Shown here: positions 9,092 through 17,152 of the stretch, in pieces
Layout: every line of letters begins with the position of its first letter
How positions within the stretch are numbered: position 1 is the stretch's first letter
Origin: Fibrobacteria bacterium
Lineage (GTDB): Bacteria > Fibrobacterota > Fibrobacteria > UBA11236
Reading direction: 5' to 3'
Length of the DNA stretch: 64,000 nucleotides
Assembly (NCBI GenBank): GCA_043745805.1
Contig: JAYTSD010000043.1
Span: 96,001 to 160,000 of the forward strand
Notes under the pieces: generated by a model
Told to the model about the DNA's origin: nothing
Database searches by the model: none
What the model saw: the letters and a program-made list of their open reading frames with translations, nothing else
Made by a program: the position numbers and the translations under genes

Positions 9092-11200
9092 ATGAATTCC
9101 AAGTTTCTTTTATTATTTACACTAGCCACATGCCTTATGAGCCTGGCCCATGGATCGGCAACGGTTGAGATGCCATCTCATATCGTTGGATCCGTTGTGA
9201 ACGTAAACGGAAAGCCGGTTTCGGGCATAGTGGTGCAACTCAAGAATAAGGGTATCACGGCCGTTACGGATGCTTCTGGAAATTACCAGCTGAATATCTT
9301 TGACTCGGGAAATAAGATCGTCTCCGAGGATTTCTTCAATGTGGAAGGCCCAAGATTTGCCTTTCATGTGCTAACCCTGCATGCCCATGTCAAGATTACC
9401 GTTTTCGATTTCGCGGGTCATGAACTTGAACAGGTCCTCGATGAGAACTTGGCGCGCGGACTTTATGGACTCTCGCCCTTGGCGGGCTTACGGCATTCAT
9501 TGAAGGCAGGCATTTATGGCGTACGCTTAGAAATTGGTGAACGTTCCTATTACCATCGAATCCCGTATATTGGCAAAAAGCTCGGTCGTATCGGTGTAAG
9601 ATTCGTTCCCTTGTCTTTAGAAAGTATTGCGAAGGTGGCCGCTACGGAGGTTGATACCCTCGTGATTTTCAAACTCGGCTATCGCACCGTTCGACAACCA
9701 GTCCTTTTGGAGGAAGATAGCCTTCCCGGTATGGTACTTATCCCAGATAGCCTGACCTCCTGGCGTAGCGATGATCGAGCCTATCTCAAAGCTATTGACC
9801 CAAGCGTTACCATTACCCCTTTACTTACGGTAGGGGAAAGCGTCCCCCTAACAGGCAACCCGTTGCAGGCCTTTCGTATGGGCGGCTTTCCCGCTGGATT
9901 GGGATTGACTCCCAGTGACAGTATGACCGCGCGCTTATTCATGTCTCATGACATCAACTCCAAAAATTTGTCCGATGCCTTCATCACCGGCCCTGCTCGC
10001 CGCGGGGCTTATGTGTCGGAATACCTGTTGGACAAGGCGACGGGCCGAGTCCTTTCGGGACGGTACGCTTTCGAAAGCGCTTACAAGATATCGGATATTA
10101 GCCCTACTCCTGGTTTCTTTAGCGGATTCGGTTCCGGTTTCCTAGCGGGAGCAGCCGAAGGAATATCTACTCCCTTTTACTTGACCTCCGAAGCCTCCAC
10201 TGACTCACTCGCCTTTTCGCCATTGGGACCGCAGCCGGTGGCTATTGTGGGCGAGCGAGCGCAAATCCTGCCCGATTTTGGTAAGCTGTCTTTCAGCGAT
10301 ATCGTAGTAGTTCCTAACGAGGATTCCATGCGCACGGTGACCTTTTTATTAGGGAAAGGGCCAGCTAATGCCGGTCAGCTCTACCTTTATGTAGGCCGTA
10401 AACTTCGCGATTTGAGAACGCCAGATCCAATTTATGAAAACGGCCTTGCCGGAGGGAAACTTTATGTTTTTGCTGCTCAGAGTAAGCACGATGAGGCGGG
10501 ATTTACTAGGGGAGCTTTGGAGGGGCATTGGGTAGATCCACTCAAGAACCGGCCCGATGCGCCTACCTCATTGACATCCATTTCCGCAGCTACTTTGCAG
10601 GCTTGGTGCGCTGTGAGCGCCGACGGCAAGGATAAAGCCTTCCGCTTCGATCATATTGAAAACGGAACCTACGATCCAAGTTCAAAGGGAGTCTTTTACT
10701 TTGCAACCGCAGGGGATCCCGGTGGGTCTCGCAATCGCTTCGGGCGTATATACAAATTGACCTACGACTCGGTGAATCCCGCGGATGGTTATGGACCTCG
10801 CTTGGAGATTCTTGCCTCGGGCGACCCTACCTCTGGATTTGCGAACCCAGGGGACATTCGTATAGGATCAACAAGAAAGATGATGATATGCGAAAAACCC
10901 TTATTGGAATCGGCTCGGATTCCCGCCGTTTGGATGCTGGATTTGGAAACAAAAGGCCTCCGCAAGCTGGCCGAGATGGATCCGTATGCAGTGCCGATAG
11001 CATCAAGGCCAGATTCAAAAACGCAATGGGAAGCGACCGGAATAATCGATGCCTCGGCCCAGTTGGGTGCAGGCGAATGGCTTTTGAATGTCCAAGCCCA
11101 TAGTGTTGGAAGCGAGTCGGCAGCAGAGATGCAAGACTCGCCAAAGTCTACGAGACTTATTCAAGGCGGGCAATTGCTATTATTGCATACAGCGCCTTAA
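9092..11200 (+). CDS. PhoX/DUF839-fold beta-propeller protein with apparently degenerate active site and an N-terminal carboxypeptidase-regulatory/CTD-like module
   Basis: Signal peptide MNSKFLLLFTLATCLMSLAHG; PhoX-like scaffold motifs LLTVGE, LYLYVG, NGLAGGKLY, YFAT, GRIYKL, WEATGIID, LLNVQAH and GGQLL. The start could also be 9047 or 9062. Confidence 0.7.
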   Translation: MNSKFLLLFTLATCLMSLAHGSATVEMPSHIVGSVVNVNGKPVSGIVVQLKNKGITAVTDASGNYQLNIFDSGNKIVSEDFFNVEGPRFAFHVLTLHAHVKITVFDFAGHELEQVLDENLARGLYGLSPLAGLRHSLKAGIYGVRLEIGERSYYHRIPYIGKKLGRIGVRFVPLSLESIAKVAATEVDTLVIFKLGYRTVRQPVLLEEDSLPGMVLIPDSLTSWRSDDRAYLKAIDPSVTITPLLTVGESVPLTGNPLQAFRMGGFPAGLGLTPSDSMTARLFMSHDINSKNLSDAFITGPARRGAYVSEYLLDKATGRVLSGRYAFESAYKISDISPTPGFFSGFGSGFLAGAAEGISTPFYLTSEASTDSLAFSPLGPQPVAIVGERAQILPDFGKLSFSDIVVVPNEDSMRTVTFLLGKGPANAGQLYLYVGRKLRDLRTPDPIYENGLAGGKLYVFAAQSKHDEAGFTRGALEGHWVDPLKNRPDAPTSLTSISAATLQAWCAVSADGKDKAFRFDHIENGTYDPSSKGVFYFATAGDPGGSRNRFGRIYKLTYDSVNPADGYGPRLEILASGDPTSGFANPGDIRIGSTRKMMICEKPLLESARIPAVWMLDLETKGLRKLAEMDPYAVPIASRPDSKTQWEATGIIDASAQLGAGEWLLNVQAHSVGSESAAEMQDSPKSTRLIQGGQLLLLHTAP

Positions 11201-11409
11201 TCCTTCCTAGAGCATATCCAAAACAAAGCCTCATTTTTGATCCTCGCTATTGAGTGCAACATATTTCTTTCATAAAGATCGGGCACTGTGCAAGCCCTTT
11301 ATTTTTTTCTGAATTCAAAATTAAATCCAGATGAAATATTGATCCTATAAATTTCAATCAGGAATTTTTAACCCCTGATCTTTTGGATCGTATCAACTAA
11401 GGAAAAATA

Positions 11410-12612
11410 ATGAATCATTACGGAAACAATTTCAAACCAAAGTCGGCAGCTATAGTGTTGATCGCGGGCCTTGCCTGCTTTTCCACTCTTAAAGCTGGAG
11501 AAATAATAGACCCCATTACCGATGAATGCCAAGGTTGCCTATTTTCCTTTTCTACCGTCGGCGACTCCCGCCAAGATCCAATTGCTCCCGATTCCACTCT
11601 GATGCCCTTATCCGGTCAAGACTCAATATGGCTGCAAAACACAAAGGCATGGTTTCGGATTGAAAAATCTATCTCAGAGCAAAAATCGAAAATGCTGTTT
11701 TTCAATGGCGACATGATTATGGGCTATGGCAATGCCATAGTACCAGCTAACAATACCACCGTGGCAGGCATTGTTGGATCGGACCTGATGGCGTTCTATA
11801 AGCAATATGCTTTTTGGCGCGGTATGGTTGCACCTTTGATGGAAACAGGAACCTACGTGATACCCGTAGCAGGAAATCATGAGACCCAATGGAAGGCAGG
11901 CGGTAAAAAAGCCCAGGTCGCAAATGAAAACGCTTGGCGTGACAATATGGGAGATTTGATCTCCAACAATAGCAAGCTCAGGGAAATCCTAGGAGCTTCT
12001 GCCGTTACTTCCCCCGCCATCGGCGATGAAAGAAATGCCCTCGACTCTCTTACATCTGATCAAAGTAAACTAACCTATAGCTTTGATTATATGGGATCGC
12101 ATTTCGCAGTCATCAATACCGATCCGGTGGGAAAAGATGCCCATGCACCGACTCAATGGCTCACAGCTGATTTGTCTGCGGCCAAGGCCCGTGGCGCCAA
12201 ACATATTTTTGTATTCGGCCACAAGCCAGCCTACACTTATTTTTATGGTTCTGTGATTCCGGCGCTTCCAGCATTGCCGCTGCCCGGTAAAGCCGCAGGA
12301 TTAGACGTAGATATCGCCGCCCGCAATGCTTTTTGGGACGTGATCGAGTTTTTCGGCGCGACCTATTTTTGTGGACATGAACATGTCTTTAACATGATGC
12401 AACCCCGTGGCGGAGCTTGGCAAATCATGGTTGGCTCTGGCGGATCTCCTTTTGAAGCATCCCCTCATACGCCAACCATTAGCCCTACTGATCGCGATTA
12501 TGCTTGGGCTACGGTCAAAGTTGATTCTGCCGACCATGTCCAACTCAAAGCCTTTGGTTTCGACGACCATGGTGGACCAACAATGTTGTTACAAACCATC
12601 ACGTTACCCTAA
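11410..12612 (+). CDS. Exported calcineurin-like metallophosphoesterase
   Basis: Ordered metal motifs GDSR, NGD, GNHE, FGH and GHEH; signal peptide; AAGGA RBS. Confidence 0.88.
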   Translation: MNHYGNNFKPKSAAIVLIAGLACFSTLKAGEIIDPITDECQGCLFSFSTVGDSRQDPIAPDSTLMPLSGQDSIWLQNTKAWFRIEKSISEQKSKMLFFNGDMIMGYGNAIVPANNTTVAGIVGSDLMAFYKQYAFWRGMVAPLMETGTYVIPVAGNHETQWKAGGKKAQVANENAWRDNMGDLISNNSKLREILGASAVTSPAIGDERNALDSLTSDQSKLTYSFDYMGSHFAVINTDPVGKDAHAPTQWLTADLSAAKARGAKHIFVFGHKPAYTYFYGSVIPALPALPLPGKAAGLDVDIAARNAFWDVIEFFGATYFCGHEHVFNMMQPRGGAWQIMVGSGGSPFEASPHTPTISPTDRDYAWATVKVDSADHVQLKAFGFDDHGGPTMLLQTITLP

Positions 12613-12628
12613 GCTATTATCAGCAAGC

Positions 12629-12669
12629 AGTTGTAGTTTCCATTCGCGAAGCTACAACTTTAAATTTTT
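12629..12669. terminator. Hairpin terminator between convergent genes (possibly bidirectional)
   Basis: AGTTGTAGTTTC-cattcgc-GAAGCTACAACT 12-bp stem with one G-U pair, followed by a T-rich tract. Confidence 0.65.
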
Positions 12670-12732
12670 CGAGAGCTAATTTCCATTTCTAGAAATTTTA
12701 ATAAATTTACTAAACAGCAAAGAAATTAAATA

Positions 12733-14115
12733 TTACAACGATTTCAAAAATCCCAACAAAGCCTGGCGGTCCTTTAATTTCAAAGCCTGAAAATCAATTC
12801 TCGATTTTGTCGCTTCACCACCATGCCAGAGTATAGCCTCGGTGAAGTTGTTGGCGCGGCCATCATGCAAAAACTGCGTATGCCCGTTCACTACTTCCGT
12901 TAAGCCAATACCCCAAAGTGGAGGGGTTCTCCATTCGTTGCCATTGGCCAGAAAGTCCGGACGATTATCCGACAAGGCATCGCCCATATCATGCAAAAGC
13001 AAATCGGTATAGGGATTAATAATTTGTTGTGATAATTCGGGATGCTGATCGAAATTTCCAGTTTTTAATTCCTGAATATGACATTCATTACATTGTAATT
13101 GGCGGAATATTTTTTCACCGGCTTGCACTTGGGCATCATTAACATTGCGTCGTGCGGGTACCGCCAAGGTACGTACATAGAATGTGACGGCAGCTACCGT
13201 AACGCTGTCTACTTCAGGTATAACATTGCCGCAACCTTTTTGGCTTTGTCCAAAGCAGGTTTCCTGAGGAAAAATCCAAGAGGTGACGCCCATATCATTA
13301 TTATAAGCCGCTGCACATTGCTGTAATAAATTAGGGGTATTGGATTTTAAGCCAAAGCGCCCTAAAGTTTTTTTTCCTGTTAATACATTGATTACATAAT
13401 TGGGTCGGCCCGATATACCATCATTATCCTTATCTGATTCATCCGCTAAAGCCACTATCGAGGCTTCGTCCAAGGCTTCCAAAAGTCCCAAACCAAAAAC
13501 TGGAGGCGCAATGCGCGGAGAAAGCAAGGCAGGGGCACTTAAGGACATATAAAGATCATTTAATTGATAATTGGGTACCTTTAAGGTTACCGTTTCCCCG
13601 TCGGCTAAATGTACCAAGCTATCATAATAGGTAATGATCACTTGTCCTTCGGGATTTTCTCCGAATATGGCGCGTGGTTGCAATTGGGTTCCATAATTAT
13701 CCATGGTCAAAGGACCACCGTTAACATCAGTTCCCGCTTTACTAATACGGAAAAGCATCGAGCTTAAAAGTTCGCCCGCTTCGGGAGGACGGCCGCGCCC
13801 ATCCTTCGAATGGCAAGCAGAGCAAGAGGTATTATTAAATACCGGCCCTAAGCCGGCATTATTGGCTGCCGGAGCAGTTACGAATTTCGCTTCAAAGGCG
13901 GCATCGCCTGTGGCATGTTCATCCAGTTGAGAAGCAGAAAGATTAGGGGCTGGCGAAGAAAAAGCTTTGCTGCTAGCATCTCTTAAAGTTGTAGAGCCTC
14001 CTGGCAAATTAACCACGGTGTTATCCGAGTCATGGTCGGTGGTTTGACAGGCGGTTAAGAGTAAAAATGCACTTGCCATGGAAAGGGCAAAGAGTTTTTT
14101 ATTTAAGAGAGGCAT
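12733..14115 (-). CDS. Di-heme oxidoreductase family (DHOR/DUF1111, thiol-oxidoreductase-like) lipoprotein
   Basis: Lipobox LTAC; two heme motifs CSACH and CNECH; GLGPVFN, PRIAPPVFGLGLLEA, YTDLLLHDMG, WRTPPLWG and LHDGRA. Confidence 0.9.
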   Translation of the reverse strand: MPLLNKKLFALSMASAFLLLTACQTTDHDSDNTVVNLPGGSTTLRDASSKAFSSPAPNLSASQLDEHATGDAAFEAKFVTAPAANNAGLGPVFNNTSCSACHSKDGRGRPPEAGELLSSMLFRISKAGTDVNGGPLTMDNYGTQLQPRAIFGENPEGQVIITYYDSLVHLADGETVTLKVPNYQLNDLYMSLSAPALLSPRIAPPVFGLGLLEALDEASIVALADESDKDNDGISGRPNYVINVLTGKKTLGRFGLKSNTPNLLQQCAAAYNNDMGVTSWIFPQETCFGQSQKGCGNVIPEVDSVTVAAVTFYVRTLAVPARRNVNDAQVQAGEKIFRQLQCNECHIQELKTGNFDQHPELSQQIINPYTDLLLHDMGDALSDNRPDFLANGNEWRTPPLWGIGLTEVVNGHTQFLHDGRANNFTEAILWHGGEATKSRIDFQALKLKDRQALLGFLKSL

Positions 14116-14153
14116 ACTAAAAAGCTTTCTGTATCAAGCAGGCGATAAAAGGA

Positions 14154-15257
14154 TTATTGTGTTATTAATGGTTTAATATCTTCTTCCAAAGTTTTTTGCA
14201 TTTTTTGAATAGCGATTTGGGCAGTAGCAACTTTTTCTTTATTTTTAGCAATAGCATCGCCGAAGGTGGGGATCATTTCTCCAATAGCTGTAATAGCCGC
14301 TGCAATTTCATTTTCTAAACGAGTGGCTAAAGTGGGGTTAAGTGCTTTTACGAATTCACGAATACCTTTATTGGTGGTGCCAGCAGCATATTTCCCTAAA
14401 TACACATTTTGAATACTACGAATATTATCTTGAAAATCAGCATTAGAATTATCGCTGAATTGTGATTCTTCCAAGCTTCTATCTTCTGCTGTAAAAGGAC
14501 CATTGATTTTACCATTGGCGACTTCATCACTAATGCCAATCATGCCATTCACTAATTCTTGCAAGGCGGCATTTTTACTAATATAAACACTACCTTCTAA
14601 ACCAGCCTTTTTAAAATTAGCGATGTAATTTCCATCAGTAGGTGACCACGCTTGTATAAGCTGTTGTGTGGCCGCTTGGAAACTGGCGGTTACGGCGTTG
14701 AGGTATTCAAACTCACGCACAGTAAAAGATTCTAAGGTTTTCGTGTTACCCTGACCAAAGAGTAAATATTCAATAGTGTGAAATCCTTTTTGTGTGCCTT
14801 CTAAGTTATCTACGAAACTTTGATTGAGCGTATTACCACTGGTCAACACTCCCTCCAAATCTGCTTTATTCAGAGGCCAGCTATCAATTGAAGGATCAAT
14901 GCCTTTGCTTTCCACAGGTCCAAAAATAAAAGCTTCGCTTTGTTCCCAAGGGCGACGGGCATTACGCCAGGCTTGTTTGGCTGCCGCTAAATGATCCATC
15001 GTTTTATGGTCTTTAAAATTTTTAATAGCAAAAGCCAAGCTATCGGCTTTTTGTCCCAGATCAACATAAGTGCCATAAATCACCGTGGTGGATACGGCAT
15101 CTAAAATCTCGCTAATCCCTTTCTCGCTAGAAAAAGAAATAGTCGGAGAGTCTTCATTACATCCCGCTTGCATGCCCGCCATACCTAGGGATAATAAACT
15201 TAAACCTATACAATAATGTTGGTGATGGTTTTTTATCTGACCTTTTTTAAATAACAT
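14154..15257 (-). CDS. Imelysin (peptidase M75-like) iron-regulated lipoprotein, IrpA-like
   Basis: AWRNARRPWEQSEAF.FGP, IDSWP, GFHTIEYLLFG (GxHxxE) and EESQFSDN; lipobox AGC. Confidence 0.9.
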   Translation of the reverse strand: MLFKKGQIKNHHQHYCIGLSLLSLGMAGMQAGCNEDSPTISFSSEKGISEILDAVSTTVIYGTYVDLGQKADSLAFAIKNFKDHKTMDHLAAAKQAWRNARRPWEQSEAFIFGPVESKGIDPSIDSWPLNKADLEGVLTSGNTLNQSFVDNLEGTQKGFHTIEYLLFGQGNTKTLESFTVREFEYLNAVTASFQAATQQLIQAWSPTDGNYIANFKKAGLEGSVYISKNAALQELVNGMIGISDEVANGKINGPFTAEDRSLEESQFSDNSNADFQDNIRSIQNVYLGKYAAGTTNKGIREFVKALNPTLATRLENEIAAAITAIGEMIPTFGDAIAKNKEKVATAQIAIQKMQKTLEEDIKPLITQ

Positions 15258-15299
15258 ACTTTCTCCGATTTAATAAAAATTTTCTCGTCATTTCACGAT

Positions 15300-16577
15300 T
15301 TAAAACACTAAGCCTAGTCCCAAGGAATAAGTATTTTCTTGATTATTAGTGGCTAATCCTAACGTGCGATAGGAAAGTTGCCCTTTTAAAATGACTTGGG
15401 GATGGGGTTTATAATTTACCCCAGTGGTCCAGGTTTCTTTCCCCCAACGTGGATTGTTAAAATACTCTTCAGGCATTTCGCGCATGGTGTCGTATCTATC
15501 ACAACGTGCAAAAATATCCAAGCTCTGTTTGGGAAATGTATTTTGTAATTCCATTTTCGTACGTAGTAATACAAAAACATCCACACCGACTTCTGCAAAC
15601 CAACCTAAGGCAGTTTTACCTACGGGTGTACGCTTAACCGCCAAGTTACTTGAGAGATTTTTATTAGCCAAAGAAACCGAGGCAGCATTTTGTAAAATCC
15701 CATATAAAAGCAAAGCTCTTGCTTTAAAAGGCCCTTGTTTATAATCCGCATGCATATCTAATACGGTAACATACGCAGGAATTGGTAAATCGGGCTTAGG
15801 CCGATTGCCGGCACTATTGCCATAATAGCCCGCAATGCCGAAAGTACTTTGGGGAAATAAATCACAATCTAAACGTCCTGCAAGGGCTAAGTTTTCCGCA
15901 TTCACAGTTTCAAAACGCCCTTGATGTCCGCGTGATATCCATGTGGAAGAGCTGAAGCCCGTGGCGTCCAATCCATTAATCACTTGTACTTGATAGAATA
16001 AAGCGCCAAGCTCTCCGAATATTTCAATGCCGGTTTCATGCCATAGCAAAGGGATGAGTTGACTTTCCATTTCCGATCTTTGCACCGTAAAATAATCTAC
16101 AGGCTCATCTAGAGTATAAGCCCAACCTATGGGTAAAAAGAAATGTCCCAAGCGAATATTAAAATTTGGATGCAAAGAGAAAACTATACAAAGTTCTTCG
16201 AGGGTAACTTCGCCGCCTTTTTCAACTTCGCTTTCATATTCGCCAAATTCTTCTAGCTTATCGAATTCCATGGTTGCGCCAGTGCCACCATGTTCAAATT
16301 CTATTTCTGCTTCAAAGCGAATTTTATTAGTGAGTATATACGTGGGTTCAATTGCAAGTCTTTCCAAATCCATTTGCGCTCGGCGTGTAGGATCGGTTTG
16401 CCAATTAAAAGTTTGGTAGTTAATAGTTCCGTAACCATGTAAAAAGAATTGATTTTTGTTTGACGAATTAGGAGTGGGTTCAACAGCGTAAATACATAGG
16501 GTTAGAGGAAACAATAAATAATATAAAGTGAATATTAGTGTGAGATGACATTTTTCAAATAGCATTTCCTTCCTCAT
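15300..16577 (-). CDS. Outer-membrane porin-like beta-barrel of an iron-uptake operon
   Basis: GYGTINY, EIEFEHGGTG, EKGGEVTLE and W.ETG motifs; C-terminal Phe (GLGLVF); first gene of the porin-imelysin-DHOR cluster. Confidence 0.8.
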   Translation of the reverse strand: MRKEMLFEKCHLTLIFTLYYLLFPLTLCIYAVEPTPNSSNKNQFFLHGYGTINYQTFNWQTDPTRRAQMDLERLAIEPTYILTNKIRFEAEIEFEHGGTGATMEFDKLEEFGEYESEVEKGGEVTLEELCIVFSLHPNFNIRLGHFFLPIGWAYTLDEPVDYFTVQRSEMESQLIPLLWHETGIEIFGELGALFYQVQVINGLDATGFSSSTWISRGHQGRFETVNAENLALAGRLDCDLFPQSTFGIAGYYGNSAGNRPKPDLPIPAYVTVLDMHADYKQGPFKARALLLYGILQNAASVSLANKNLSSNLAVKRTPVGKTALGWFAEVGVDVFVLLRTKMELQNTFPKQSLDIFARCDRYDTMREMPEEYFNNPRWGKETWTTGVNYKPHPQVILKGQLSYRTLGLATNNQENTYSLGLGLVF

Positions 16578-16606
16578 CCTTGCTTTCCGGCTAAAATTAA
16601 TCTAAT

Positions 16607-16625
16607 ATTAAGACTGAGTCTCAAT
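16607..16625. promoter_or_regulatory. Fur-box-like 9-1-9 inverted repeat
   Basis: ATTAAGACT-G-AGTCTCAAT (8 of 9 pairs), 30 bp upstream of the iron-uptake operon start. Confidence 0.65.
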
Positions 16626-17152
16626 CTTTTAAAAGGATAATAAGGATTGTAAGGCTCGGCAAGGAAATAAGGGATCCATTCCTAAACCTTTGTTCGCAAT
16701 GTTTGCAAAAGTTGAGTTTCAGAGGGTTTATGGTAAAAAGCAAATGAATTCGTGAGTGATGAAGAGGCTAATGATACTCCTACTTCAAAAAATCCTTCGC
16801 ATCCACAAACTACACCTCTCGAATTAGAAAAACAAAACAGGCTTATTGAAATACTTCAGAAATACAAAAAAATTTAATTCCGATTGATTATTGTTAAACA
16901 TTATGATTTACCCAGCTTTATTATAAGCACACTATAGAGATGTGCTGAACCTATAAATTCACTCATATTTAGAGTTATATATTAGGGTTTTATTTTAGAA
17001 GATTAGTTTTGATTTTATTTATTTTAGATTAGATCTGGGAATTTGAGTTTATTTATTTTATTTAATGGTTAGAAGTTTGCTCAATTTCTAGTTGTGCTTC
17101 TTTTGTTCTGCTATTTCCTATTGCCTTTGGATCAAATTTTAGGAGAGATACC

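Noticed and set aside
9092..11200. Calling the PhoX-like gene a pseudogene, or a confident phoX
   Set aside because: The ORF is intact with a signal peptide, so it is not a pseudogene. The ligand substitutions prevent a confident functional phoX call.
16752..16877. Short GTG-started ORF (VSDEEANDTP...KYKKI) in the intergenic region
   Set aside because: About 41 codons with no clear RBS or recognisable motif, so it cannot be supported.
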